Of a DNA stretch of 64,000 nucleotides, positions 23,337-36,005 are shown one piece after another (position 1 is the first letter of the stretch; each line of letters opens with the position of its first letter). The notes under the pieces were generated by a model that had not been told where the DNA came from, ran no database searches, and was given only the letters and a program-made list of their open reading frames with translations. Origin of the DNA: Lama glama. Taxonomy: Eukaryota. Both the position numbers and the translations under genes were made by a program. The stretch is from assembly GCA_028534125.1 (NCBI GenBank), contig CM052817.1:15006001-15070000 (forward strand), written 5' to 3'.

Positions 23337-23442
23337 TTTTTTTTTTCCCCCAATTTTATTGAGGTATAATTGGCAAATAAAATTGTAATAAACTAAAAGT
23401 GTACAATGTGATGATTTAACCCAAATTAATTAATACAACCAC
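23337..23442 (-). mobile_element. Short LINE-1 3' end
   Basis: 'ttttattgaggtataattggcaaataaaattgt...aagtgtacaatgtgatgattt'. Confidence 0.75.
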
Positions 23443-24339
23443 AAGTGTTGGTTGTAGGTTCTGGAAGTAGAAGGAGGGGTTACATCTCAGCATTGCCTAG
23501 CAAATAATTATTTTTCAAGAGAATATTTGTATTATTTCAATGTGGGGAAAGTCTTTAACCCCACTAATAATAAAATATGCAGCTTTAAATAATTATTAAA
23601 TTTAAAAAATTCTCAAATTCATTCAATGTGTTTGGCTTTCCATACTCTATATTATTTATAACACATAACAACTCTGTCTGGAAGGTATTATAATTTTTCT
23701 TTCACAGATAAGAAAACAGAGATCCAGAGAAATTTACTTGCTCAAGGCCATAAACTAGAAGTGGTTGAATTCAGTCTTGAAACTATGGTTGCCTGGCTCT
23801 TATGCACAGATTTTCTTGTATAATATTGCATTACCATCTACCCTCTTTGGTATCACTCGAGCTTAATCCAGTTATGTTTAGCTCTGAACTACTAGCATTG
23901 TTTAATTTCTTTCATAGCTGAACTAAAAGCAATCCAAACAATCCATTTTTCTTAATCTAAAATGGAAGGATTTTGAACTAATTTTTTCCCTTTCCAATTA
24001 AATCATTGCCTAGGAGGACTTTAGTTCAGACATTCCATTCCCTCTTCAGCATTGTTATTAGACTACTAGCTCCAAGATGGCACTTTCTATCTTGTTCATC
24101 TTTGGACGCTCAAGATTTTCTGTCTAATGTGCCCAGCATGTAGTAGGCACTCATGTTTATTCGACTGAAGAATTCTCTTCTCCTTGTTGCAACTCAGAAC
24201 TTCCCTTTGACTTTCTCTCCAGCCTTATCACCTTAATGGTCATCTCCTAGGATGATTTGAACTATGCTGTGGGGTATGTCTAACAGAGTTTCACAAAATT
24301 CTGAAAAATATCGCTTTTCCATAAAAGAGCAGTTTCCAA

Positions 24340-24770
24340 AAGAAGAAGTACTAGAAATAAAAGAAATGCAAATTAAAACAAAAATATATATTTCCAAATA
24401 ACTTCCCAAAGTATCAAAAATAAAAGTAAAGATTAGTGCTGGTGAGTTTGCAATGAAACAAGAAATTCATATATTGTTAGTGGAACTATAAAATGGTAGT
24501 TTATTTTAGGAAGAAATCAGTGAATATAATCTAAAACTTAAAATAAAATCCTTACCTTTGACTCACCAATTCCATTTCTTAAATGAGGAAAACGTCACAT
24601 GTGAAGATGATCAAAATATCTTTATTTATAAGACTAAAAACTATAAACCACTTAAACTTCCAGTAATATTAAAATTATTACATATATGTAGTAATTCATA
24701 TTAGTAGAATATTGTACTGATATTAAGATTATGTTTTAAATAATTTATAATAATGTATAAGATTCTATTT
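24340..24770 (+). mobile_element. Old L1 (L1M) ORF2-end fragment
   Basis: 'aaagaaatgcaaattaaaaca...agtgctggtgag...cctttgactcaccaattccatttct'. Confidence 0.65.
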
Positions 24771-24771
24771 T

Positions 24772-24900
24772 ACTTAGGCTGATTTCCCACAAAGCAGAAT
24801 CTGAGATGAAGGTTTATATGTAAGTAGTGTCTTTAGGAGGGGATTCCCTGAAGCAGAGTTGCTGAGCCAAGGAGAAGAAAGCAGGGAGAACCAAAACAGG
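24772..24900 (-). mobile_element. ERVL LTR fragment (LTR16-like 3' end)
   Basis: 'ttaggctgatttcccacaaagcagaatctgagatgaaggttt...aagtag'. Confidence 0.55.
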
Positions 24901-24910
24901 AATGTGTTTT

Positions 24911-25432
24911 TGATTGGATAAAGAAGTTGTTGGTACACACACACACACACACACACACACAATGGACTACTACTCAGCCGTTAAAAAGAACAAAATAGTG
25001 CCATTTGCAGCAACATGGATGGACTTAAGAGATTGTCATTCTAAGTGAAGTAAGGCAGAAAGAGAAAGAAAAATACTGTATGTTATCACTTATGTGTAGG
25101 ATCTAAAAAAAGACAAATGAACTTATTTATAAAACAGAAACAGACTCACAGACATAGAAAACAAACTTATGGTTACCTGGGGGGGGGAAGAGGGTAGAAA
25201 GAGATAAATTGGGAGTTGGAGATTTGCAGATACTAACTACTATATATAAAACAGATGAACAACAAATTTCTACTGTATAGCACAGGGAACTATATTCAAT
25301 GTCTTGTAGTAACCTCAAATGCAAAAGAATATGGAAACGAATATATGTATGTGTATGTATGACTGAAACATTATGCTGTGCACCAGAAATTGACACAACA
25401 TTGTATACTGACTATACTTCAATAAAAAAAAT
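24911..25432 (+). mobile_element. LINE-1 3' fragment with an internal (CA)n expansion
   Basis: 'gattggataaagaagttg...aatggactactactcagcc...gactatacttcaataaaaaaaa'. Confidence 0.93.
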
Positions 25433-27184
25433 ATTAAAAGAGAATGAAGTCATTCCCCATAACCTAGGTGGCCCCAGGAAATGACTCCATGGCTCATTTT
25501 GTCATTGGTCTTCCTTCTGCACGGCTTTGGGCTTTGGATTCCTTTTCTACTTATTTCTCACAGCCTCTCCGAAATTCCACATGATGGAAACAGATGTATG
25601 GCTTTGTGTGGGTGGGTGTGTGTGTAAATGAAAAGAGAATCCGTGAAGACAAGGACATTTCCAAAATTGCTATGTCCTTAACAAGAACTTGGTGAGCCAG
25701 TGCTCCTGAAATATAGCTTACTCCATTGGCTACTTGTTAACAAGGCCAGCGATCTGTGAAGCTGATTCTTTTTTTGGGTTTTGGTGTCTAAGCATTTAAA
25801 TGAATGGTTTAGGAGTAAAGTCTATTACTGCATGCGGCATAGCCAGCAATTGTTTAAATTCAGGATAAACTATGGGTAGACCTAGGTCTTCAATTTTCAA
25901 GGCGCCCACTTAACACTGCAATGGGTAAACTCAACATCTCTTTCACGTTCCCCATTACGAGGTGTCGCCAGAAGCACAAATCTGTAAGGGGCGCTGCCGC
26001 CGACCATCTGCTTGATACTCAGGATCTCCAAATGGCCCCAAAAGGTGGTGGCTGTTTGCAGCGTTCAGACTTTCGCATTGCGTTAAGTACCAGGCTGAAT
26101 TTTCTGTTTGGCTGACCTCTAAAGAATGGCAGAGGAGACCGATGCAGACATCAAGTGCCCGGCAAAGGCACCTTCTGGGACATCTTGCTCCCGTCCCGGA
26201 TGCCAGTGTGACCAATTCAGCAATTGTGTCTTTCCCCAGGATAAAATGAATATTGTGTCAGTGAAGCTAGAATCCTAGAGTGATGATCTGAGAATCAGTG
26301 AGAAGGAAGACGTTGACCTTGGAGAGGTTTAAGAATGCCTTACGAATAGCTATCCGGAACATAATTAAAGGCATTTTAACATCATAAGCCTTGAAGAATG
26401 CGAACCATCACCACTGCACACTGGGGAGTAAAAGATATTGCTTTTATAGCTGCAGAGCTTATGGTCAGAAGTGATATGAAATATTAGAAATGTGACAGTT
26501 TTATAATAATTTTATTCTTGCTCATTGTGATAATTTTCATTTGCAGCTTTTTACCTTTGAATATCTTGCATTGCGTTAAGCCTTTCTCACTCCATCCTTG
26601 TCCTGTAATATTAGAAGCTGAGGTTTTCATCTGAGGAATTACAGTAAATGCTGCAGGCACAAACAAACAGATAATGGTGTTTATAATGCCTGTTATTTGA
26701 AGAATTAAAAGTTCTGAGTGAATTTGTCTCCCAGTTAATAAAAGCAATAGAGCCCTGAGTAAAATATTGCCCCTTCTTTCTTTTTATAGTGTCGCTGTGT
26801 CTTCTTGTGTCCTGTTCCCTCTCTTAGCTGCTTTTTGTTTTGAGTGTGAGCGTGGGAGTCAGGATGCTGTCAAATAATTTACTCTGCTCAGTTTCTTTGT
26901 CTTTGTTTTTCTTTCAAATACCATATGTATTTTCTTTACTGAATATAATCATATGAATAATATGAATAGGAACAACTCGGATTAGAATTAGGGCCAGAGA
27001 TCATCTGGTTTAAATGTCTAAATATTTCCATTTTTCAGACAAGGAAACAGAATCAAGAGGCTCAGGATCAGCAGAGCTAGGGCTACCATCTGGGTCTCCT
27101 GACACCACAAAAACAAAAGCTAGCATTCACTGAGCATTGGCTAGGGGACCAGAAACTCTAAGTGCTCACATACATTAAGTCTCG

Positions 27185-27265
27185 TCTGTGTGTTCCAGTA
27201 AATTTTATTTATTAAAAAAAAAAGTAGTGAGCCAGAACTGTGGGTTGTAGTTTGCCAACCCTTAA
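27185..27265. mobile_element. MER58-like terminal fragment within a MIR
   Basis: 'tgtgttccagtaaattttatttat...gttgtagtttgccaaccc'. Confidence 0.6.
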
Positions 27266-29716
27266 TTCTTTTAGGCCTCAGAGTGTCTGGATGAAATAGA
27301 TGTGTTATTATTGTCACCTCCATTTTACAGAAGAGTAAACTGAGGCACAGAATGACTAGGTACCGTGCCCAAAGTTGTCTACTTAATGAGTGCCTTCCTC
27401 TGAAGAACCTACGTGCTCTGATGCACACCAGTGTCTGAAGATCTTCTCCACTGTCTTTCCTTTTCTTTCCTTTCCTGGGATACTTTCTTGGAGGAGACGA
27501 TCTGGATTAGCATGTAGAGTCTCACACACACACATGTACCATGGACAAATAGTCCATAGTCCTTGATGATTATTTTTTAATTTGTCTTCTTTCTGTGGTT
27601 GGCCATGCTGTTCAGCACTGTTCTTGGTTTTTTGAGGGGGATGCAAAAAAAGCCATTGATGAGATTCTTGCCCGTGAAAAGGTTAAAATTTAGTTGTAAT
27701 GTCAAAGAAATTAAAATCAGATAAAAATTTCCAGAATACTTGCAATGTAGAAGAGACAGTCCGAAATCTCCTTTAACTTATGATCAAGTCAAGATTCAAA
27801 AGGCTGTTCATTAACTTATTTGTTCAGAAGTCCCAAGATACTCGAGAGGCAATCTCTGTCAGCATATTTCTGTCAAGTTTTGTAAAAGCATAGTGATTAT
27901 TTGACAGTTCTGATTTTTAAAATGCTCTTAAACATTTTCCCCAAATATGCTTGCATTTTCGTTTTTTCTTTTTTATCAAAAGTAAGTTGAAAACACGATA
28001 CTGCTTCAGATGTGCCATTAATTAATGAAAGACTTGATCCCCGTCCTCGGGGGACCGTGCCAAACATCTGTTGATGGCCAGCAGATTGCTTCACTTTTGC
28101 CTGAGTGAAAACCTTTGTTACCACAAAAAGTTTTTAAATTGACTGCTCATAAGTGAGGGGATTCCTGCATTATACATTACAGCTGATACCAAGATCATGA
28201 AAATACTTGAAACAGAAATTCTGTATTCAAGGAATGGAGAATCCAGTTAGGAAGACAAGGTGTAATCATGTTTCTGAGATCTCTCCTGAAAATTCTATAA
28301 ATTCATACAAGAGTTAGATTACTTTCTAATAAGAGCAATCATTTAGGATCTGTCAATAGGTGAGCTGGCCAATACTGGATGGTAGACATGAGCCCCTAGT
28401 GGTCACAGGGGAAGAACTGCCTGCCTGGGTCAAGCAGAAGAACGCGTTTGAGCTGAGCCCTAAACGTTGGGTAAGATTTAGATAGGTTGGTAGGAGTGAG
28501 GAAGATTGACCATTCCATTTCAACCTCAAAGCCAAATTATGAAGGGAATCACAGCCGAGCAAACTTGGACTTCTCTTCCACTGCCCCTGTCCCATCCTTT
28601 TGTACTGGCTGCAAGGAAGCAGTAGCTGTGTGACTGGTCAGACCAAAGCACCCGTTAGCGTTGTTACAGGTGTGCTTACCATCAGTGCTCAATGGTGGGA
28701 ATGGCTTCTTTCCCTCCCCTTGCCATGTCTCATCGTGTGTGAGCAGACCTAGGCAGCGCCTGCCATCCTAGAGAACCACAGGTAATTATTTTTCAGTCTC
28801 TCTCAGCATATGGCTGGGTAGGTAACTCAGGCCGGGCCCAGCCTTGGGATTTACTCCTCCTTCGTTTTCTTTTCCTCTCTTTTCTGCACCCTCTCCCGCA
28901 TCTTCCATCCCTCTCCCCACAGACTGGACTGTGTCTGATTGCCTCACAATTTAGAGATGCAGGAAGAGGGAGGGAATCTAAGGGCCTGCTTAAGTCATCA
29001 GATAAAAGCAAACTTGCTCCGATTCTGCTCTGTAACACACGGCATAATGTGATAAGTCATGTAATAAGTAGTGTGATAAATAGTAAGTCACATAGTAAGT
29101 AACGTAGGGGGATCTTGTGCTGCTATTAAGTTAGTGGTTCTTTTATTCTAAACAACCTATTTCTTTATTTTGCATCATTCTCTCTTGGGGACATTATGGG
29201 GAGATAAGGGTATTTGTTAGGGTAAGATTTGAGGTGTCTTAAGTCCTTGGCTATCAAATGTTTACTTTCAGTCCCTAACATTGGTAAAAGGGCTTATCCT
29301 GGAAGAGGGTACCTCAAGTTTGTCTTTGCTATACCAATAGGTATAAAACTATCAGAAGACTTAATTATAGCAGTTTGTGGTGGTCTTCAAATAATTATTA
29401 TTTTCTTTACTTTCCATTTCTGATATACTTGGTGGTTTTTTTACTAAATGATGAAGATGCTTTAACATCTCTGCTTCTGTCAGTTACTGGGCTGGTGTGC
29501 ATTTGTGTGTGTACATGTGTACACATACAATCCTCATCCTGGTCAACATGGTAATGTCACGTTGACTTTTCTGACGTCTGATCTTGCACAACTTGGCTTA
29601 TGTGCTTTCAGTTTTAAAGGAATCCTCCTTTACACCAACCTCACAGCTACTTGCAAAGACTAAATTTTATAACTCAGAGTTGAAATTGTAGATGCCAACC
29701 AAGTGGCAGCTAGACC

Positions 29717-29902
29717 AATGGCTCTCAAATTACGGTCTGTGGTCTGGTCTGCCTGCATCAGGACCACCTGGCCTCATGTCAAATGTGCAGATTCACTTAC
29801 TTTAATCCAGATCTACTCAATACACAATTTGGGATAAGATACAAGAGTCTCTTTTTAATATGCCCCTTGATTGTTGTGACTACACAAGTTTGAGAACCAA
29901 TG
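29717..29902. mobile_element. MER5-like hAT-Charlie MITE
   Basis: Terminal inverted repeats caatggctctcaaa / tttgagaaccaatg; internal 'gcatcaggaccacctgg...tgcagattc'. Confidence 0.75.
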
Positions 29903-30904
29903 GTTCTATGCTGCATTTGTGTTCAGCCTATACATATAGAAATATAGATGAAGTCAGGACATGAGATTCTGCACAACTGGCTAATCCACAACCTGACTCC
30001 AGCCTTAAGCCATGCTTCATGATGAGAAATCCATCTAGTCTCGTTGGACAATTCTTTCTATAACTTTCTTCATTGCATCTATAGTAGCTTCTACCGTATC
30101 TGCAATCTGACCATTTGCCACTTGTTTGTGGGTGATGGGATGTGATACTGACAGTTTTAATAAAGTCTCCAAACATTAATTCCTTAAACTCAGCAGATTT
30201 AAAGGCAAACTCACTGTCCAAAAGAGAAGATGTAGCAATTTATGCATTGCAAGTAACTGGCAGAGTGCACAACTGCGGCAAATATTTAAGCAAATTAGAA
30301 GAACTTTGAAATTTTAGATATGTCCTGGAACGACCCTGGTGAGTCAATCTAAATTCCTGACCAATGTCTCATTTCCCAAGGAATGTCTGATTTATTTGAC
30401 AGGAAAATGCCAGATATGTTTTAGTTTTTCGTTGTGTTTTCTGTCACCATTATCAGAATCGATTTGAAGCCATAGCTAAAAGCTAAGCCAACACTTTATG
30501 TAGTTTGGCCAAGATAATAAGATGTCTGCTTTCTGCAATGTTGGTTCTTGAGTCCATTAAAAATTGATTCACAGTGCCTGCTATCACCCAGCTTTATTTT
30601 TATTCATACTAGAATGCAGTGCCTTGGAAGGTAACAAGCAGATGACCAGCAATTTTCAGAAATCATGCTTTGTTAAATGATATAATGTATATCAAGCAGT
30701 CAACAGAGAGCCTGATGCATAATAGATATGAATTAAGTAGTAGTTACAACAATTTCTTCAAAAAATTAATCAGCCCTACTCTATGTCCTCTGCCATGTAA
30801 GAGGACCACTCAGCAAAAAGGTAGGGGATAGATAAGCACATTTGGAAAAGAATTTCAGCACTAACCTACCTACACAAAAATTACAGAAAGCAAAGGTTTT
30901 AAAA

Positions 30905-31401
30905 AGATTGATGCCTAACAGCCCTGCCAGTCTACTTCTTCCTTTCTTGCAGAGCCTGCCTTCCAAAGCCTATAGAGGATGAAAATGTCAGTTCTTTGCT
31001 TGCTGGGCCTCCCTTGCTGCTAGGGCGTTGGCATGTGTTCCAATCCTGACCACTGGGACCTGAGACCAAATCTGATAAAGACACTTGTCAAAGAACTTCC
31101 ATCCTGATAGAAGAAAAAGACAAACAGGGAGACAAACATCTTTTCCCACTCTTCTTGCTTTCCACATTTTTGTGCCTGAGGATGTGATGTTTGGTGACAT
31201 GGCAGCTATCTTTACACCATGAGGACAGATCCAAGAGCATCACATAGATGCTAATACAGAGCCCTGTTTTTGCTTAGCTACAGAACAAACTCTGGAACCA
31301 CTTGAATTCCTCTTTATGTGAGGCAAACCAACCTTTATTTCAAAACCTTTTATTTTCTGGCTATTCTGTTTCTTGAAACCAAAAGTATCTTCTCTGATAC
31401 A
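30905..31401 (+). mobile_element. MaLR LTR (MLT1K/L-like)
   Basis: 'tcccttgctgctagggcgttggcatgtg...ggcagctatctttacaccatgagg...ctattctgtttcttgaaaccaaaagtatcttctctgataca'. Confidence 0.7.
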
Positions 31402-31454
31402 CCTTAATAATAGCTACACTTTCCTTTTAGAATGCAAGCTCTATGAAGACAGGG

Positions 31455-31893
31455 ACCAAATCTAGTTCACTCCAAATTACAGTGACTTCAACATGATGGA
31501 GGTTTATTTTTCTCTTAAACAAAGTCTGAGCTGCTGTGATGGTGGTGTGATGTTGGCATGTGGACAGTCTCCTTTTATGTTGTTGCTCTGCCATCCCTAA
31601 GGTTCATCCTGAAAGTCTAAGATAGCTCCCCGTGATGTCTACAGTTCAGCCAGCCGGAAAGGGGAAAGGGAAGAGGAGATTGTGCCCTCTTCTTTTAAAG
31701 GTACCACCTAGAAGTTGCGCCATCACTTGGCTTATTATCCTATTGGTCAAAATTTCATCTACTGGGTACCAATAACAAAGATGGCTGAGGAACGAAGTCA
31801 TTACTCTGCATAGCCATGTGCCCAGCTAAAACTTCCACTGTCATGCTGAAAGAAAAAGTAGATATTGGAACACAAATAGCAGTGTCTTTCACA
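31455..31893 (-). mobile_element. MaLR LTR (MLT1J-like)
   Basis: 'acagtgacttcaacatgatggaggtttatttttctct...gccatgtgcccagctaaaa...gatattgg...tagcagtgtctttcaca'. Confidence 0.75.
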
Positions 31894-32399
31894 GCATCAA
31901 TAAAGAAAACAATAAGTGTAAACAGATTTGAAGTTTGTTAAAAAACAAAACAGTGAGAACTCAGTTTATGCCACGTTCATTCCATTGGGCTCTTTCACAA
32001 AACTATTGCATTTCCCCTTCACAGTAAGCTACGGCATGGATAGTGTTATCATCCCCACTTGGCAGATGTGGTCAAAGAAACGAAAGAGTGGGCCAGTTGC
32101 CTAGGATCACACATTGAATCATTAACGGAACTTGTATTTAAATCAAAGTTCATGCCTCCGAAATTAAGATCTTGCTAGCTAACTGCCACCTGCCCCCGCC
32201 CCAGTTGCCTCACCCTAATCTTGCATTCCGTGCTACCTTTACTCCCTCTTCAAATTTTGCTTGTGAACTCCAAAGGCTTACACTTTTTTACTGGTTACCT
32301 CGTGCCAGTTTTTTGTTTCTCCTAAGTCTTATTCTCTACCTTCTGTCTTTATAGCCCCATCCCCCTAGATGGTATACATCTCGATTTCTCTCTGATTAT

Positions 32400-32985
32400 C
32401 CCCCAGGGCCGGTTGCTAAGGAATCGTCTCTCTACCCCAAAGCCACCCTTCTCTCTTCCCCTTTGTGATACTGGCACTGGGGCTCTGCAACCACCTTTCT
32501 GCTTTGCCCACAGCTCTCAGTTAAGTCTTGCCAAAAGCAGACACTAGAGGGAGACTGTGAGCAAGGCTGGAGGAGAGGTGGGAACTGCTACTTCCTGTTT
32601 GTTTCCTGCCTGCTTTATTGAACTTCTGGCTCCTATCAGTATCACTCAGAGAACGCCTTTTCACCCCAGCAGCTGAACACAGGTTGATGCTCTTCAAACC
32701 CTTGCAGGGTCAACCTCATCGCCTTCCCTCAGAGACACCAACATTAGCCGAAGCACTCACTCCTCAAAAGTCTGAGCTGAGCTTCAGCCTTACTGGTTCT
32801 TTGTTTTGCTTTAATGATGCTAATCTTTTCCCTTAGTTTTCGCAGCCCTGTAGGTGACTGATAATTACTTGGTGCAGTCCGTACCTCCATAATACTTCAC
32901 AGTTGTTAAGTAACACTAAGTCAGTTTTTGTTTGATTTTTTTCCTTCTCAGTTATTTATTTATTTTTCTGGTTCTGTCTGTGTTT
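32400..32985 (+). mobile_element. ERVL solo LTR (LTR33-like)
   Basis: 'ctttgtgatactggcactggggctctgcaaccacctttctgctttgcc...cactagagggagactg'. Confidence 0.65.
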
Positions 32986-34579
32986 CCATTTTCAGAGAAA
33001 CCAAGAAACTGCATAGAATCCTTGATTGAAGGAGGATCCCATTTCTACGTCTCCGTCTGCTCCACTGGAGGTGGGCACGGTCTGGGGATGAGAGTGAGAG
33101 CTTGAAAAACACAGGAGACAAGTGGTTTCCCTTGTGTACTTTCCTCACTGCCCAGAAGCTGACCTGCTTCTTGCTGACTGAGCTGCACTCACGCCTGTGC
33201 TCAGTCAACTCAGAAGCACTTTAAACCTCACAGCTCCTTTGTTTTCAACTGTCTCTCTAGGGAAGAAAAATCTGAGTGATTCTGCCCACTCAACAGAAAG
33301 GAAAACTGAGGGGAAGCAAGGAAGTTGACCAAGCTTTCAAATTAGATTGAAACAGGGACAAGAAACCATCAGATTCTTGGACTGTTTTCTCCTAAGGCCC
33401 GTAGACAAGGAGGGGACAAAATTGACTTTTGAGAGCAGGGTTGTTCCTCCTCTCTGACTGCTCTCATTGCACGTAGAACCCTTCATTTTCCTGGCCTGCT
33501 AGTCTGGCACTTTGCACAGGGATACAGGTCACTCCAGAGAAGGAAAATAAAAGTAAGATCAAAGGCTCTTATAATTTCACTTTTCTGGGAGGAGAAGAAA
33601 CCTCATTTAGCAGCCTGCTTCTCTGGAGTTATCCAAACCGCCCTGTCTCTGCTGTCCACAGTCAGCTGGAAGCAGTGGAGAGGACTTGGCATTTCTTTCT
33701 GCAGTCACTAATGATACCAGCGGTGGCTTAGGCAGCCAAGATAAATAGCCACTTGGAGGCTTCGAGAGGCGAGAGTGAGTGGACTCCCACCAGGTCCGTG
33801 GGAGCTGCACATCTAAGCCCTTGCATATCGTGGAGAATAGGAGCCCTGTATTTATTTGGTGTGAAGTACTCTTTTGGATATTGGTAGCCAAATGGAGATA
33901 TCTGAGCCTTTCCCCAGGTGATGTTCCTTTGATGATGTCCAGCACGGTGACTACCATGGCTCAGTAACTGACTGATTGCATCTCCAAGCCTGATGTTTTT
34001 TCTTTTCTTTTTCTTTTTTGATAATAGCAGATCTTGCCACAGGAGAGGCTGGATGATATGATAAGTTGCTTGGAAGATTGAGTGATATTTAATATTTTGA
34101 GGGACTACTTCTTGTTGAAGCAATTGGGTTCTTCAAGGACATGCAATACATGTTTAAAATGGGATGTCCGGGGCTGCCACAGCATAATCGACTGTGAAAT
34201 AAGCCCGTTGGAAAGGACAATTACTCCTGGGGCCTCAAATGCAAGTGAAGCCTCCTGAGGCAGTAAGGGGAGGGACCTCTTCTGCGCTAGTCGGGGGTGA
34301 AAATGGCTGTGCTTCACTACTTTGCACAGGATGGTGCCTGCGTTATGAACTCACTACCCAGCACTCCAGAGATGTAAGTACAGCCCAGACAATCAGCCAA
34401 AATGACTCATGGTCTGAATGGCTGTTGTGAACAACCCATCCGTCCATCCTAACGTTGATTAATAATCCAAAAATCACTTACTGAGAACCTACTATATGCC
34501 AAGTATATATGTAGGTACTGGGAGCAAAGAGGCACCTGGTATACTCCATAAGCACAGTTAAGTAGAAAAGGAGAGAGAG

Positions 34580-34790
34580 AGCATGCACTAATGTTTATTA
34601 AAGTTATAACTGCTTATATAGTGTGTATACTATGTACCACATGCTAGAAATTATTTATTAATCCTCTCAACCACTTTGTAAAATAAGTGTCACGTCCATT
34701 TTTCAGAAGATAAAACTGGTTTAGCGCAGTTAAATAACTAGCTGGCATGGGGCAGCATCAGGCTTCAGCTCACGGGGAATCCGTGTGTCC
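34580..34790 (-). mobile_element. MIR SINE
   Basis: 'ttaatcctctcaaccactttgtaaaataagtgtcacgtccatttttcagaagataaaactg'. Confidence 0.65.
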
Positions 34791-35669
34791 CCGCCTCCCG
34801 ATGGTGCACTGGACGGAAGCTGAGTTGGAATGGAGCTGTGAAGTGACTGAGACTTTGTTCTCTCACAGTCACCAATCTTGAAAGCCTCAAGACTAATGTG
34901 GCCATTTTTATTTCTTTCTTTTAATAGAGAAATTTTTTCTTTTTCTAAACTAGTCAGGGGTTCTAAAAGCTGCTCCGTAGGCTTTAGTGCAAGGTACATA
35001 CTGAAGTCACATCAAATTAGACGCACCATTACATGACAGTTTGCCAATACCCAAACCCGAGGCACCCTATTGAACAAACCCCATAGAAATTTAAGCCAGT
35101 GCTTGACCCAAAACTGCAGCTGATATTTGAAATGCCAGATGAATTCAAGAAATCCCATGGATGGCTCCAGGTTTCAGCAAGCTACAGGGTAGGACGGCAA
35201 CAGTGGGCAGTCCTGAACTGATGGACGCCTTTTCCTTATCAGTATTTCATTGTTTCCTACTGATAAATGCCCTTATCAGTCATAAAACAGTTTTCTTCAA
35301 ATACACACACACTCCAAAGCAGGGAAGATATTGTCTTTAAAAAGATTTTTGTCATCAATAAAATTTCTGATTAATATTTAGTTCAAATTATTAAAAAAAT
35401 CTTTTTATTTGTTTGTTTTGGTTTCTTCATTTTCAGACTAATTCATCCTGGTAAAAATCTCAAATCATCACCTTTATCATTGGCACTTTAATCCCATGAT
35501 AATTTTTCTGAAAACTGTGATTTGGATCACTCAAACCACTAGCTTCCTCCTAGTTGAAGAGGTTAAAAAGCTGAAAAGGACATTAAAATTACATTGCCTA
35601 GAATTCTTTATGGATAAAGCTTTGGATTTGAGTTTGGTTCTACCAATAAGAGATTCTGTGCAATATTTG

Positions 35670-36005
35670 GACGGTGCCATCTTCCTGCCGTTCTTAGACA
35701 AGGGCATGGACAGGCAGGTGTTTCTGCAGAAGCGTTCCACTGACCGTCACCAACTTCCAGGGCATTTGGAGGCAACCATGGTGGAGTATCTGAGGAGGTT
35801 CTGACTTCCTGATCTGGCACAGCTGTACTGGTCTCAAATACAGTAGCTGTCCTGGTGGCTCATCTATGCAGATCAGGTGGTGCTCCTGTAGATACAGTCC
35901 AGCAGTTCCAAGAATCCTATAAACTCCCAATTCCCTATGTTAAATCCCTTCCTGATTAAAACACCTAGGGTGGTTTCTGTTTCTAGGTGAACCCCAACTG
36001 ATGTT
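35670..36005 (+). mobile_element. ERVL-type LTR 3' portion
   Basis: 'ttccctatgttaaatcccttcctgattaaaacacctagggtggtttctgtttct...gaaccccaactgatg'. Confidence 0.6.

Noticed and set aside
35338..35407. 13-bp perfect inverted repeat (taaaaagattttt / aaaaatcttttta) as a MITE or hairpin
   Set aside because: Low-complexity AT-rich arms, no TSD and an unpaired 44-nt spacer; likely chance.
35400..35456. 14-nt micro-exon (tttcag|actaattcatcctg|gtaaaa)
   Set aside because: Weak donor, not frame-preserving, and no supporting gene context.
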